NCBI GenBank assembly: GCA_944389975.1 | Contig: CALXOH010000006.1 | Location: 113,177-177,176, forward strand | Origin: an uncultured Spirochaetaceae bacterium | GTDB taxonomy: Bacteria; Spirochaetota; Spirochaetia; Sphaerochaetales; Sphaerochaetaceae | Reading direction: 5' to 3' | DNA: 64,000 nucleotides | Shown: one piece after another, positions 18,343-26,936 of the stretch | Layout of the letters: each line of letters begins with the position of its first letter | Numbering within the stretch: the stretch's first letter is position 1 | Made by a program: the position numbers and the translations under genes | Notes under the pieces: generated by a model | The model's input: only the letters and a program-made list of their open reading frames with translations | What the model was told of the DNA's origin: nothing | The model's database searches: none

Positions 18343-19363
18343 TCTCCGCCTCCTTTTTCTTGTCATCGAGACTCCTGGTCTTCGCATGAAGCGAATTCTC
18401 CCTCGATTCGTTTGCATAGAAGCACCTGACGAAGTGTCCCGGGGATACTTCAGTCAATGGCGGCTCCTCCTGCATGCAGCGCTCATGACGCATCCAGCAG
18501 CGGGAGGCAAATCGACATCCGGGTTTCGGGTTCACCGGGGACGGCACATCCCCTTCGAGTATGATCCTCGATACTTTCTTGTCGATCGAGACGACGGGAA
18601 CTGCCGAGAGAAGTGCTATCGCATACGGATGACGGGCATCTGCAAATATCTCTTCGGAGTCTGCTACTTCTACGAACCTGCCAAGGTACATGACTGCAAT
18701 CCTGTTCGATATGTGCCTCACGACGCTGAGGTCATGTGAAATGAAGAGGTACGAGATGTTGTACTTCTTCTGGATATCCATCAAAAGGTTGATGATCCTC
18801 GCCTGTACGGAGACGTCCAATGCAGACACAGGTTCGTCGCATACGATGAAGTCCGGGCCCAAGGAGAGTGCACGGGCAATGCCTACGACCTGGCGCATTC
18901 CTCCGTCCAGTTCGTGCGGGTAGAGGTTCAAGAGTGATGGGGATAGCTCGACCATGTCGCATACGTGCTTGATCTTATCCTTGATCTCATTTTCAGATCC
19001 GATGTGATGGATCTTGAATGCCTCCGCCAGAATCTCGTAGACGGTCTTCCTCGGATTCAATGACGAATATGGATCCTGGAAGATGATCTGCATCTTCTTC
19101 CTGATCTCGAAGCTCTCGTTCTTGTCGAGCTTGAAGATGTTCTTCCCCCTGTATAGAAGCTCTCCGTCGGTTGCGGGCAACAGGCGCATTACGACGTTTC
19201 CTACGGTGCTCTTACCGCATCCGGATTCGCCGACTAGTCCAAGAGTCTCCCCCTCTTTTATCTGAAAGGATATGTCATCCACGGCATGCAAGGTTTTCTT
19301 CGAATCTATCTTGAAATATTTCTTGAGGTTCTTCGCCTCGATCAATACCTTTTCTTCGCCCAT
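18329..19363 (-). CDS. Opp/Dpp-type ABC transporter ATP-binding protein (OppF-like)
   Basis: It has GESGCGKST, FIVCDEPVSALD and the oligopeptide-type C-terminal domain (PGCRFASRC...GHFVRC). The ATG at 19363 follows the upstream stop by 2 nt. Confidence 0.9.
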   Translation of the reverse strand: MGEEKVLIEAKNLKKYFKIDSKKTLHAVDDISFQIKEGETLGLVGESGCGKSTVGNVVMRLLPATDGELLYRGKNIFKLDKNESFEIRKKMQIIFQDPYSSLNPRKTVYEILAEAFKIHHIGSENEIKDKIKHVCDMVELSPSLLNLYPHELDGGMRQVVGIARALSLGPDFIVCDEPVSALDVSVQARIINLLMDIQKKYNISYLFISHDLSVVRHISNRIAVMYLGRFVEVADSEEIFADARHPYAIALLSAVPVVSIDKKVSRIILEGDVPSPVNPKPGCRFASRCWMRHERCMQEEPPLTEVSPGHFVRCFYANESRENSLHAKTRSLDDKKKEAESELQ

Positions 19364-19365
19364 TT

Positions 19366-20340
19366 TCAAACTCTCCTTTCCATATTGAAACAAGCACAGT
19401 AGTGCCCTTCCTCGACTTCAATCAACGTAGGCTTTTCGCTCTTGCACTTTGCGATGCAATGCTGGCAACGCGGATTGAACTCACACCCTGAGGGAAGGTT
19501 CTGGGGATCTGCGATACGCCCGGGGATTGCAGCAAGCCTCTTCTTCTCCCCGGTAAGCTTCGGAAGCGCACCCAAGAGTCCCTTCGTGTACGGATGTATT
19601 GGATTTGCGAACACTTTGTTCACCGGACCGTACTCGATGAACTTGCCTGCGTACATGACGACTACCTTCTCGCATAGCTCGGATATGATGCCGAGGTTGT
19701 GCGTGATCATCAGAAGGCTCGTCGAATACTTCTGCTGAAGCTCCTTCATCAGTTCAAGTATCTGGGCCTGTACCGTGACATCCAAAGCCGTCGTAGGTTC
19801 GTCTGCGATCAGAAGTTCGGGGTTGCATGCAAGGCTTGCAGCTATTCCGACGCGCTGTCTCATCCCACCTGAGAACTGGTTCGGATAGTCATGAATCCTG
19901 TAGGAAGGGATTCCTACGAGTTCCAGGAGTTCCCCAGCCCCCTTCAAAGCCTCCTTCCTGTTCATGTGCTTATGCGCCCTCAAAACCATCGCAATCTGCT
20001 CGCCGACCGTGAATACCGGGTTTAACGCAGTAAGCGGGTTCTGGAAGATCATGGAGATCTTGGAGCCGCGGATGTTCGTCAGTTCCTTCTTGTTCATCGA
20101 AAATATCGACTTGTCGTGGAAGAGCACATCGCCCTTTACGATCGCGTTTTGCGAAAGGAGGTTCAATATTCCGAGTGCAGTCGTGGTCTTCCCCGCACCC
20201 GACTCTCCGACAAGGCCAAGCGACTCTCCGCTGTTGATCGTCAGGTTTATCCCATTGAGCGCATACACCATGGCCTGTTCAGTCTTGAAGCATACTTCAA
20301 GATCCTTTATTTCAAGCAACTTCTCACCAGCCATTTTCAT
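19366..20340 (-). CDS. Opp/Dpp-type ABC transporter ATP-binding protein (OppD-like)
   Basis: It has GESGAGKTT, FSGGMRQRV, LLIADEPTTALD and a C-terminal SGCEFNPRC motif. Confidence 0.9.
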   Translation of the reverse strand: MKMAGEKLLEIKDLEVCFKTEQAMVYALNGINLTINSGESLGLVGESGAGKTTTALGILNLLSQNAIVKGDVLFHDKSIFSMNKKELTNIRGSKISMIFQNPLTALNPVFTVGEQIAMVLRAHKHMNRKEALKGAGELLELVGIPSYRIHDYPNQFSGGMRQRVGIAASLACNPELLIADEPTTALDVTVQAQILELMKELQQKYSTSLLMITHNLGIISELCEKVVVMYAGKFIEYGPVNKVFANPIHPYTKGLLGALPKLTGEKKRLAAIPGRIADPQNLPSGCEFNPRCQHCIAKCKSEKPTLIEVEEGHYCACFNMERRV

Positions 20341-21197
20341 CTCCTCTTCTTCGGATCCAGGATGTCTCTAAGTCCGTCACCCAGGAAGTTGAATCCAAGA
20401 ACGCAGAACATCAATGCAATTCCAGGTGCAAACACAAGCCAGGGATAAATCGTCATGAACGTCCTTCCATTCGCGATCATGTTTCCCCAGGACGGGATCG
20501 GCGGCTGGATGCCAAGGCTCAGGAAGCTGAGTGCAGCCTCCAAAAGGATCGTAAAGCCGATCTTCTGGCTTGCAAGGATGATGATCGGGGTAGTTACGTT
20601 CGGCAGAATCTGCGTGAACATTATGTGGAAGTGCGATGCACCGAGCGAAACGGACGCCTTTACGAAATCCTGGTTCTTCAAAACCCTTACGTTGTTTCTC
20701 GTAACACGGCAGCACTCGACCCAGCCTGCGAACGCTAGTACGAATATCAGGTTCGTAACGCTTATACCCATGACCGCCATGAATACGATTGCAAGTATCA
20801 GGTTCGGAATTGCAAGGACTATATCGCATAGACGCATGATGATTGAGTCGACTATTCCGCCTGCATACCCTGCTACTATTCCCATTACGGTACCAAATAT
20901 TACCATTATAAGAACAACAGAGATTGCAATGACGAGTGAATACCGGCCACCGATCAAAAGACGGGTAAGTACGTCACGTCCGAGTTCGTCAGTTCCGAGA
21001 ATGTGTCCCTCAAGCCCTTTGCTGAAACCTTCGGGAGCCCTGAACGTCTCCGTAAGAGAGCTCTGTGTCGGTTCATACGGCAGGAAGAAAGGACCGAAGA
21101 TGACGAATAGGAATATAATTGCAACGACTACTGCACCGACCATGAAGAACGGGCTATGCAGCATCCTGCGTATCAAAATCTGTTTTTTCACGATCAA
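20337..21197 (-). CDS. Opp/Dpp-type ABC transporter permease (OppC-like)
   Basis: Polytopic membrane protein with a BPD_transp_1 signature (ASVSLGASHFHIMFTQILPN). It overlaps both neighbours by 4 nt. Confidence 0.9.
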   Translation of the reverse strand: MIVKKQILIRRMLHSPFFMVGAVVVAIIFLFVIFGPFFLPYEPTQSSLTETFRAPEGFSKGLEGHILGTDELGRDVLTRLLIGGRYSLVIAISVVLIMVIFGTVMGIVAGYAGGIVDSIIMRLCDIVLAIPNLILAIVFMAVMGISVTNLIFVLAFAGWVECCRVTRNNVRVLKNQDFVKASVSLGASHFHIMFTQILPNVTTPIIILASQKIGFTILLEAALSFLSLGIQPPIPSWGNMIANGRTFMTIYPWLVFAPGIALMFCVLGFNFLGDGLRDILDPKKRR

Positions 21198-22117
21198 CCT
21201 CCAAGCTTGTTGCGTGGGTCGATGAACGAGTTGATGACATCAACGACGAAATTTATCACTACGAAACAGGCGGCTGTGATCAACAGCAGCGACTGAACAA
21301 GTGCATAGTCCCTGTTTCCAACCGACTGGTTCAAAAGCTGACCGATTCCAGCCCATCCGAAAACAGTCTCAACGATGATTGTTCCTGCGAGGAACGAACC
21401 GAGCTGAAGACCGACAAGGGTTACAACAGGCACAAGTGCGTTTCTGAATGCATATTTCCAATGCACCTTCACACCGGAGATACCTTTTGCATACGTTGCG
21501 GTTATGTAATCCTCGGAAAGCGTGTCGATCATACCGGAGCGGGCGATACGCGCAATCGAGGCCGCCATCGGGTATGCAAGTGTTAGAACGGGCAATACCG
21601 CATGCGCCCATGTACCCGTACCCATCGTGGGAAGCCATCCGAGCCAGACGCCGAATACGAATACGTTCAATACCGAAAGCCATACAGGAGACATCGATTG
21701 CCCGAGCAGTGCGAAGACCATACAGAAGAAGTCCGTAGCGGAACCCTGCCTGGAACCTGCGATTATTCCCAACGGGATGGCTATCAAACATCCGAAGAAT
21801 ACGGAAAGAAGTGCAAGTTCGACAGTGACCGGGATCCTTCCCCAGATGATGTCGGCTACGTCTTGCCTATAAGAGGTTGATACACCCAGGTCTCCGTGTA
21901 GTACGTCACTGATATACATGAAGTACTGGACATACAAAGGCTTATCAAGTCCGAGTTGTATTTCCATCTCCCTGATCGCCTCTTCCGGAGCGCCGTCCGG
22001 GAGCATCATCAGAGCGGGGTTTCCAGGAGTCATTCTTATAAGCAGGAACGCTATGATTGAAACACAAAATAGTACTATCAGTGCTTCAAAAAGTCTTTTA
22101 AATAAATATTTAAGCAC
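21194..22117 (-). CDS. Opp/Dpp-type ABC transporter permease (OppB-like)
   Basis: It has MLKYLFKRLFEALIVLF at the N-terminus and the EDYITATYAKGISG EAA loop. Confidence 0.9.
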   Translation of the reverse strand: MLKYLFKRLFEALIVLFCVSIIAFLLIRMTPGNPALMMLPDGAPEEAIREMEIQLGLDKPLYVQYFMYISDVLHGDLGVSTSYRQDVADIIWGRIPVTVELALLSVFFGCLIAIPLGIIAGSRQGSATDFFCMVFALLGQSMSPVWLSVLNVFVFGVWLGWLPTMGTGTWAHAVLPVLTLAYPMAASIARIARSGMIDTLSEDYITATYAKGISGVKVHWKYAFRNALVPVVTLVGLQLGSFLAGTIIVETVFGWAGIGQLLNQSVGNRDYALVQSLLLITAACFVVINFVVDVINSFIDPRNKLGG

Positions 22118-22206
22118 ACAATACTCCTCTGCAGATATTGGAATCCTGCTTTTTCTGTTAACGTTATTTCTTTGAATTGCCTAGAATTAAGGCTGAAAGT
22201 TTTCTA

Positions 22207-22237
22207 CCTTCGTGCCCCGAAGGAAAATTCGAGGCAC
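22207..22237 (-). other. Intercistronic hairpin(s) after the binding-protein gene
   Basis: Two mutually exclusive stems: CCTTCG/CGAAGG (22207-22223) and GTGCC/GGCAC (22212-22237). They sit between the SBP stop and the permease start, a common position for mRNA-stabilising or attenuating hairpins in ABC operons. Confidence 0.4.
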
Positions 22238-22250
22238 AAAGGTTTTCCAC

Positions 22251-23897
22251 TCATACCTGAGTTGGATCGAAATCGACGTACTTGAGCGTGAACCAGTCGT
22301 CGTAAAGGCCTTCAAGACCTACGATTCCCTTGTCAGCTGCATATGTGATCCTAAGCTGCGCAAATGCGCTGTAAGGAGCGTGCTCTTCATCCATTATGCG
22401 TGCACATTCCCTGACGAGCGCCGCCCTCTTCTCCGGATCCATTTCCCTGTTGCTCTGTGCGATGAGGTCGTTCAATTCCTCGTTCTTGTAGAACGTGTGG
22501 TGTCCGTCGTTCATGACTCTGAGCGTGAGGAACTGGCCCGGGTCTGCCGCTGCAAACATCCATGCAACTGCAAACACATCGAAGTCTCCGGTCTTCCTGA
22601 CGTTGCTGAGTACTGCAACTTCGACAACCTGTGCGTTGGTATTGAATCCTACTGCATTGAGCATTTCAGACATCGCAAGCATGATAGCCTCGCCCTTCAG
22701 GAGGGAAGTGTTGCACATGAGAGTGATTTCTTCGCCGTTGTAGGAGCTTTCAGCAAGAAGCTGCCTTGCCTTCTCCGGGTCGTACGTATAGCCCTGGAGA
22801 TCAGGATTGTAGCCGTCGATCGTATCCGTGATAACACCATTCGGAACCTTTCCGCTTCCGATGATGTTGTCGATGATCGCCTGCCTGTCGATTGCATAGT
22901 CGAACGCCTCCCTGACCTTCTTGTCAGCAAACGGGCTACCTTCCTTGCAGCTGAATCCGACGTACATTTCCTGTCCGGAATCGAACGAGATCATGTTGAT
23001 GATGTCTTCAGTTCCGTTGTAGAGAGGGAGGATGTCCGGGTTGATTCCGCCAGAGGAGATGTTGAGCTGGATGTCGCCTGCAATGTGTGATGCAACTGTC
23101 GAGGCAGGTTCCTTGGTATAGCGGAATATGATCCTATCGTAATATGGATCATAGTTCTCCTTGTCCCAGTAGTTCTCGTTCTTCTCAAACTCAACATACT
23201 GTCCGTCGATCCACTGCACGAACTTCCACGGGCCTGTTCCAACGAGGTGCTGGTCGGTCCAAAGCTTCGTTCCATACTCTTCGAACGCTTCATTTGGAAG
23301 AATCGGTGTCAGATAGAGCGACGCAAGGATTGCAGACTGTGGCTCAGAGAGTATAATTTTGAATGTGTATTTATCGATGACCTCATAACCGATCAAGTTC
23401 GGCCAATACTGCAATGGGTTGTTCAAGGTTGTGAGGTTGTCCAATATTCTCTGGAAAGTGACTGCGCAGTCTGCGGAATCGAACTCCTCGCCGTTGTGGA
23501 AGTAAACGCCTTCCCTCAAGTGGAATGTCCATTCCGTACCGTCTTCATTCGATTCCCATGATGTTGCAAGACAAGGTGAATATCCGTTCACGGAACTGTA
23601 GAACACAAGCGGTTCGATGTACATGTTGTTCTGCAAACTTCCGATCATGTTGGACTGATCCAACGGGTCGATGTTGACGACGTTCTCAGAGAATGCGACT
23701 GTCAAAGTCTTTCCACCGCGTGGTTCGATCGTAGCAGCTTTTGGCGCCGACTCTTTTGTAGAAGTCGTCGTTTCCGTACTTGCTGCCGTGGTGCTTCCCG
23801 ACGTCGTGGTCGATTCACTCTTTGAACAAGAAACAAAGAGGGAAGAGACGAACATCATGACTAGAAACACAACCAAGATGGTATTTCTCCTTTTCAT
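22251..23897 (-). CDS. ABC transporter substrate-binding lipoprotein, family 5 (OppA/DppA-like)
   Basis: 548 aa with a signal peptide, lipobox LFVSC and a Ser/Thr-rich linker. Overall composition and length fit SBP_bac_5. Confidence 0.9.
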   Translation of the reverse strand: MKRRNTILVVFLVMMFVSSLFVSCSKSESTTTSGSTTAASTETTTSTKESAPKAATIEPRGGKTLTVAFSENVVNIDPLDQSNMIGSLQNNMYIEPLVFYSSVNGYSPCLATSWESNEDGTEWTFHLREGVYFHNGEEFDSADCAVTFQRILDNLTTLNNPLQYWPNLIGYEVIDKYTFKIILSEPQSAILASLYLTPILPNEAFEEYGTKLWTDQHLVGTGPWKFVQWIDGQYVEFEKNENYWDKENYDPYYDRIIFRYTKEPASTVASHIAGDIQLNISSGGINPDILPLYNGTEDIINMISFDSGQEMYVGFSCKEGSPFADKKVREAFDYAIDRQAIIDNIIGSGKVPNGVITDTIDGYNPDLQGYTYDPEKARQLLAESSYNGEEITLMCNTSLLKGEAIMLAMSEMLNAVGFNTNAQVVEVAVLSNVRKTGDFDVFAVAWMFAAADPGQFLTLRVMNDGHHTFYKNEELNDLIAQSNREMDPEKRAALVRECARIMDEEHAPYSAFAQLRITYAADKGIVGLEGLYDDWFTLKYVDFDPTQV

Positions 23898-23951
23898 ATT
23901 TCCTCCTTTTTGCAGACCACCCCAGTCCTCCTTCGACTGTGTGCATCTGCA

Positions 23952-24983
23952 TTATTCACCAAAATAACAAGACTCGCCCTTGACGAACTCCGGATCGAAC
24001 ATCTTTGGCGTCAACGTGCTGATGTCATTTCTGTCGATCGCCTCAAGCAACATCTTCGCGCCTGTAGTTCCCAAATCCTCCATCGGGCATGCAATACGCG
24101 CATACTTCTGGTCGTTCCCTGAATCGGGGAAGTAATCGAGAAGTATCACAATAAAATCCTTTCCCTGAACCTTTCCATACTCTTCAGCAATAGATAGAAG
24201 AGTGATCAGCTGGCGGTACGGGATTATGAAACACATCTTGACAAAGCCTCTGTCGAAGATCTTTACAACTGCATTCCTGAAGTCCTCGCTGTCGGGCCTG
24301 ATATCCTTCAGAATCAAGCTCTCATCGATTTCTCGCCCTGCCTTTGCATATGCCATCTTATATCCGTCGTAGTACTGTCTGGAAACAACCCCTGATGCAT
24401 GGTAAAGGGTCAATACAACGTCATCAGCTCCTTGGGAGAACGCCCAATCCACTCCGAGGGCAATTCCCTTTCCCTGGTCAGTTGCGATGAAGTTGTTCAC
24501 AGTCTCATCGTACGGATAGCCGAAACAGACAAACGGAATCTTCCTCTTCTTGAGCGCTCTTATATATACGTCATCCTCCTGAAGGTTGAAGATGAAGAAG
24601 CCATCGAGGAGATCAGCCATGCTCAATACGTACTCCACGATGTTGTCGCTTCCGGATTCAGAGTCCGGGATGAGCACTATCTTGTACCCTGCATCGACGA
24701 TGACGCGGCCTATGTACTTCACCATGTTCATGAAGAAATCCATGCTGGACGAAGAGAATATGTAAGTTCTCTCAAGAATGACTCCGATAGTCATCGACTT
24801 GCTTCGTCTGCTTAAAGACTGGGCACCGAGGGAAGGCACGTACTCAAGCTCTGCAACGATCTTGTCGAGCTTTTTGCGTGTAGCGGGTGACATGCGTTCG
24901 TAGTTGCCGTTCAGGTAGTATGAAACAGTAGCCTTTGACACTTTGGCAGCTGCTGCAACCTGCGATATATTCACCTTGCCCAT
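23952..24983 (-). CDS. LacI family transcriptional regulator
   Basis: N-terminal HTH ISQVAAAAKVSKATVSYYLNG followed by a periplasmic-binding-protein-like sugar-binding core. Confidence 0.9.
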   Translation of the reverse strand: MGKVNISQVAAAAKVSKATVSYYLNGNYERMSPATRKKLDKIVAELEYVPSLGAQSLSRRSKSMTIGVILERTYIFSSSSMDFFMNMVKYIGRVIVDAGYKIVLIPDSESGSDNIVEYVLSMADLLDGFFIFNLQEDDVYIRALKKRKIPFVCFGYPYDETVNNFIATDQGKGIALGVDWAFSQGADDVVLTLYHASGVVSRQYYDGYKMAYAKAGREIDESLILKDIRPDSEDFRNAVVKIFDRGFVKMCFIIPYRQLITLLSIAEEYGKVQGKDFIVILLDYFPDSGNDQKYARIACPMEDLGTTGAKMLLEAIDRNDISTLTPKMFDPEFVKGESCYFGE

Positions 24984-25002
24984 AAGGCCCTCCCTCCTTG
25001 GT

Positions 25003-25032
25003 GAACCAGTTAATTTTGTTAACCAGTTAACT
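25003..25032. promoter_or_regulatory. Candidate LacI operator pair (TGAACCAGTTAAT and near-palindrome GTTAACCAGTTAAC)
   Basis: 25019-25032 pairs at 12 of 14 positions, with only the central pair mismatched. A second AACCAGTTAA copy lies at 25005-25014. Both sit between the predicted -10 and the lacI RBS. Confidence 0.4.
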
Positions 25033-25035
25033 AGA

Positions 25036-25065
25036 TTCTAAGGGTCATTTTTTCAAGCTGTCAAG
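25036..25065 (-). promoter_or_regulatory. Sigma70-like promoter of the lacI-led operon
   Basis: On the minus strand: TTGACA (25065-25060), an 18-nt spacer, then TAGAAT (25041-25036), about 50 nt upstream of the lacI ATG. Confidence 0.5.
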
Positions 25066-25132
25066 AAAATTTATCATCAATCTTTTCAATGTATTGACAT
25101 TATTTTCAAAACGTGATCGTTAACGCAAGAAC

Positions 25133-25152
25133 ATACTGCATATATGCAGTAT
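25133..25152. repeat. Perfect 20-bp palindrome ATACTGCATATATGCAGTAT (possible operator)
   Basis: All 10 pairs were verified by hand. It lies in the 500-bp AT-rich gap upstream of the lacI promoter. Confidence 0.6.
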
Positions 25153-25454
25153 ATTGAGAGGAAAAATTGTATTCTGATTAAGTGAATAATTATCGATAAA
25201 TATTTATTTTATAAGGACTTACGCAAGTACAACAATCAACACTGAAAGCAATATCAACTACGCTTTAAGAACAAGTTGTTCGTTACATTCCACTTTGGAA
25301 ATTTAAAATAAATATAAAATTATCTTTAACGCAAGTCTTTCGTTTACAAGCGAATTCCAGAGAGAAAAATCCTACTCTATTTGGTGTTTGTTCCACGGTG
25401 TTTTGAAACGCTGGAAGCTTGGGAAAATCATAAAGGAACTGGATGAAATGAGAA

Positions 25455-25482
25455 GCCCCTTTGAAGTCGATCCAAAAGGGGC
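25455..25482 (-). terminator. Hairpin terminator after the cupin gene
   Basis: GCCCCTTT (25455-25462) pairs with AAAGGGGC (25475-25482). On the minus strand a T-rich stretch (TTCTCATTTC) follows. Confidence 0.5.
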
Positions 25483-25491
25483 CTGATGCTT

Positions 25492-25842
25492 TCAAAGAAG
25501 AGCGTCTCCTGCAGTGTATGCTCCCAAGGATCCGGCTTTGACCTGGATGCATATATAGCTTAGAGCGCTGTCAGCGGAAGCGAAGAACTGCCTTCTTCCT
25601 GCCGGGGCTATCCTAAGCCAGTCCCCTTTGGTGAGCGCTATCTCATCTCCATCCACCACGGCCTTGCCTTTCCCTGAAAGAACGAAATAAATCTCTTCAT
25701 TCTCTTTATGCGCATGTACGAATGGTACCGATGATCCGGCAGGGAGCGTATTTACGCTGATCTCTGCTCCTGTGAGGGCAAGCTTGTCGTGAAGCTCCGT
25801 GCGGGCGCCTTCCACTTTCCCGATCTTAGTGTAGTTGGTCAT
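25492..25842 (-). CDS. Cupin-domain protein
   Basis: 116 aa. VPFVHAHKENEEIYFVLSGKG...GDWLRIAPAGRRQF fits the two cupin motifs. Confidence 0.8.
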   Translation of the reverse strand: MTNYTKIGKVEGARTELHDKLALTGAEISVNTLPAGSSVPFVHAHKENEEIYFVLSGKGKAVVDGDEIALTKGDWLRIAPAGRRQFFASADSALSYICIQVKAGSLGAYTAGDALL

Positions 25843-25949
25843 CTTGTTTTCTCCTTATGCCTACAATTTACATGGCACTTTCACAAATGAAAAGTACGCA
25901 CAAAAAAGTAACTGCGCACTATTTTCCAGCTGTGTGATAACATAGTTTC

Positions 25950-26273
25950 ATGAAGACAAAATCCGAACTTCCCGAATGCCCTGTCGCAACGACAGTCAGC
26001 CTTATCGGGAGCAAATGGAAACTACTAATTCTACAAAACCTCTCGGATCGTCCATGGCGCTTCAATGAGCTTCAGAAGTCGCTTGACGGGATATCTCAAA
26101 AGGTACTCACTTCAAGCTTGCGGGAGCTTGAAGCGGATGGGATAGTATTCAGGAAAGACTATGGAACCAATCCTCCCAAAGTCGAGTACTCCCTTACGAA
26201 GATAGGAGAAGAATTACGCGGACTACTTTCCCTGATGGCAGACTTCGGAAACTACTACAAAAGCGTAATCTGA
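25950..26273 (+). CDS. HxlR family transcriptional regulator
   Basis: CPVATTVSLIGSKWKLLILQNL...RFNELQKSLDGISQKVLTSSLRELEADGIV is the canonical HxlR wHTH. It is divergent from the cupin gene. Confidence 0.9.
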   Translation: MKTKSELPECPVATTVSLIGSKWKLLILQNLSDRPWRFNELQKSLDGISQKVLTSSLRELEADGIVFRKDYGTNPPKVEYSLTKIGEELRGLLSLMADFGNYYKSVI

Positions 26274-26282
26274 TCGCAGGAC

Positions 26283-26858
26283 TCAGATCAAAATGTCTTC
26301 GAGCTTGTACTTCGGAACGTAGTGCGTCTTGCCCTCTTCATCCCTGTAGTACGATGTATTTCCATCCTCGCCTACTTCAGTGAGTACAATTTTCTCATCC
26401 GGCTTTCCGAAAGCCACAACCAAATCCGGATCGAGGTTATCCGGCAAGTTGAGGAGTTTTATCAACTCACCGCGTTTGAACGTGCCGAGCATGCAGCCTC
26501 CGTAACCTTTCTCCACAGCTCCCAGCAGCATCACTTCCGCAGTCAATCCCACATCACGCTGGAACGCCGCTTTGCTTCCGATGGATGTATCTACGCATAT
26601 GATGATGAATGCAACCGGCTCGGTGCCCGGGTATGGCAAGTTCAACTCGGGAAGCCTTCTGGCCCATCCTGTAAGCTTCTGTATCTCTTCAACTTCCTTT
26701 TCGTCAGTCGCGATATGGAACTTCAAAGCCTGCCTGTTCATGCTTGAATTAGATAATCTTGCAAGATCCACAAGATCAAGCAAATCCTCTCTACTCATCT
26801 TCACGCTCTTGTCGTATCCACGGTAACTTCTATTTTTAAGAACAAGTTCTTTAAGCAT
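26283..26858 (-). CDS. Nitroreductase family protein
   Basis: 191 aa with RSYRGY near the N-terminus, SSMNRQALKF and GLTAEVMLLGAVEKGYGGCML, typical of the nitroreductase fold. Confidence 0.85.
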   Translation of the reverse strand: MLKELVLKNRSYRGYDKSVKMSREDLLDLVDLARLSNSSMNRQALKFHIATDEKEVEEIQKLTGWARRLPELNLPYPGTEPVAFIIICVDTSIGSKAAFQRDVGLTAEVMLLGAVEKGYGGCMLGTFKRGELIKLLNLPDNLDPDLVVAFGKPDEKIVLTEVGEDGNTSYYRDEEGKTHYVPKYKLEDILI

Positions 26859-26936
26859 AAAAACCTCTTGAGGAGAGTATAATGCAAGGGAAAGACGAAA
26901 GGAAGAAAGATTTTTCCATAAAAGAAGAGCAATCCT

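Noticed and set aside
16341-18417. Long 5' extensions of track ORFs (16341..17132, 17020..18417, 46207..46860, 42029..43369, 41404..42078, 55217..56326, 62614..63651 and others)
   Set aside because: The longest-ORF starts would overlap the upstream genes by 40-110 nt, and they add Arg/Lys-rich or nonsense-like N-termini. Internal ATG or GTG codons with GGAGG-type RBS at 5-8 nt, matching the family N-termini, were preferred.
25283-25552. 89-aa minus-strand ORF in the AT-rich gap
   Set aside because: It has no RBS. It overlaps the cupin terminator and the cupin 3' end. Its composition is driven by AT-rich DNA.
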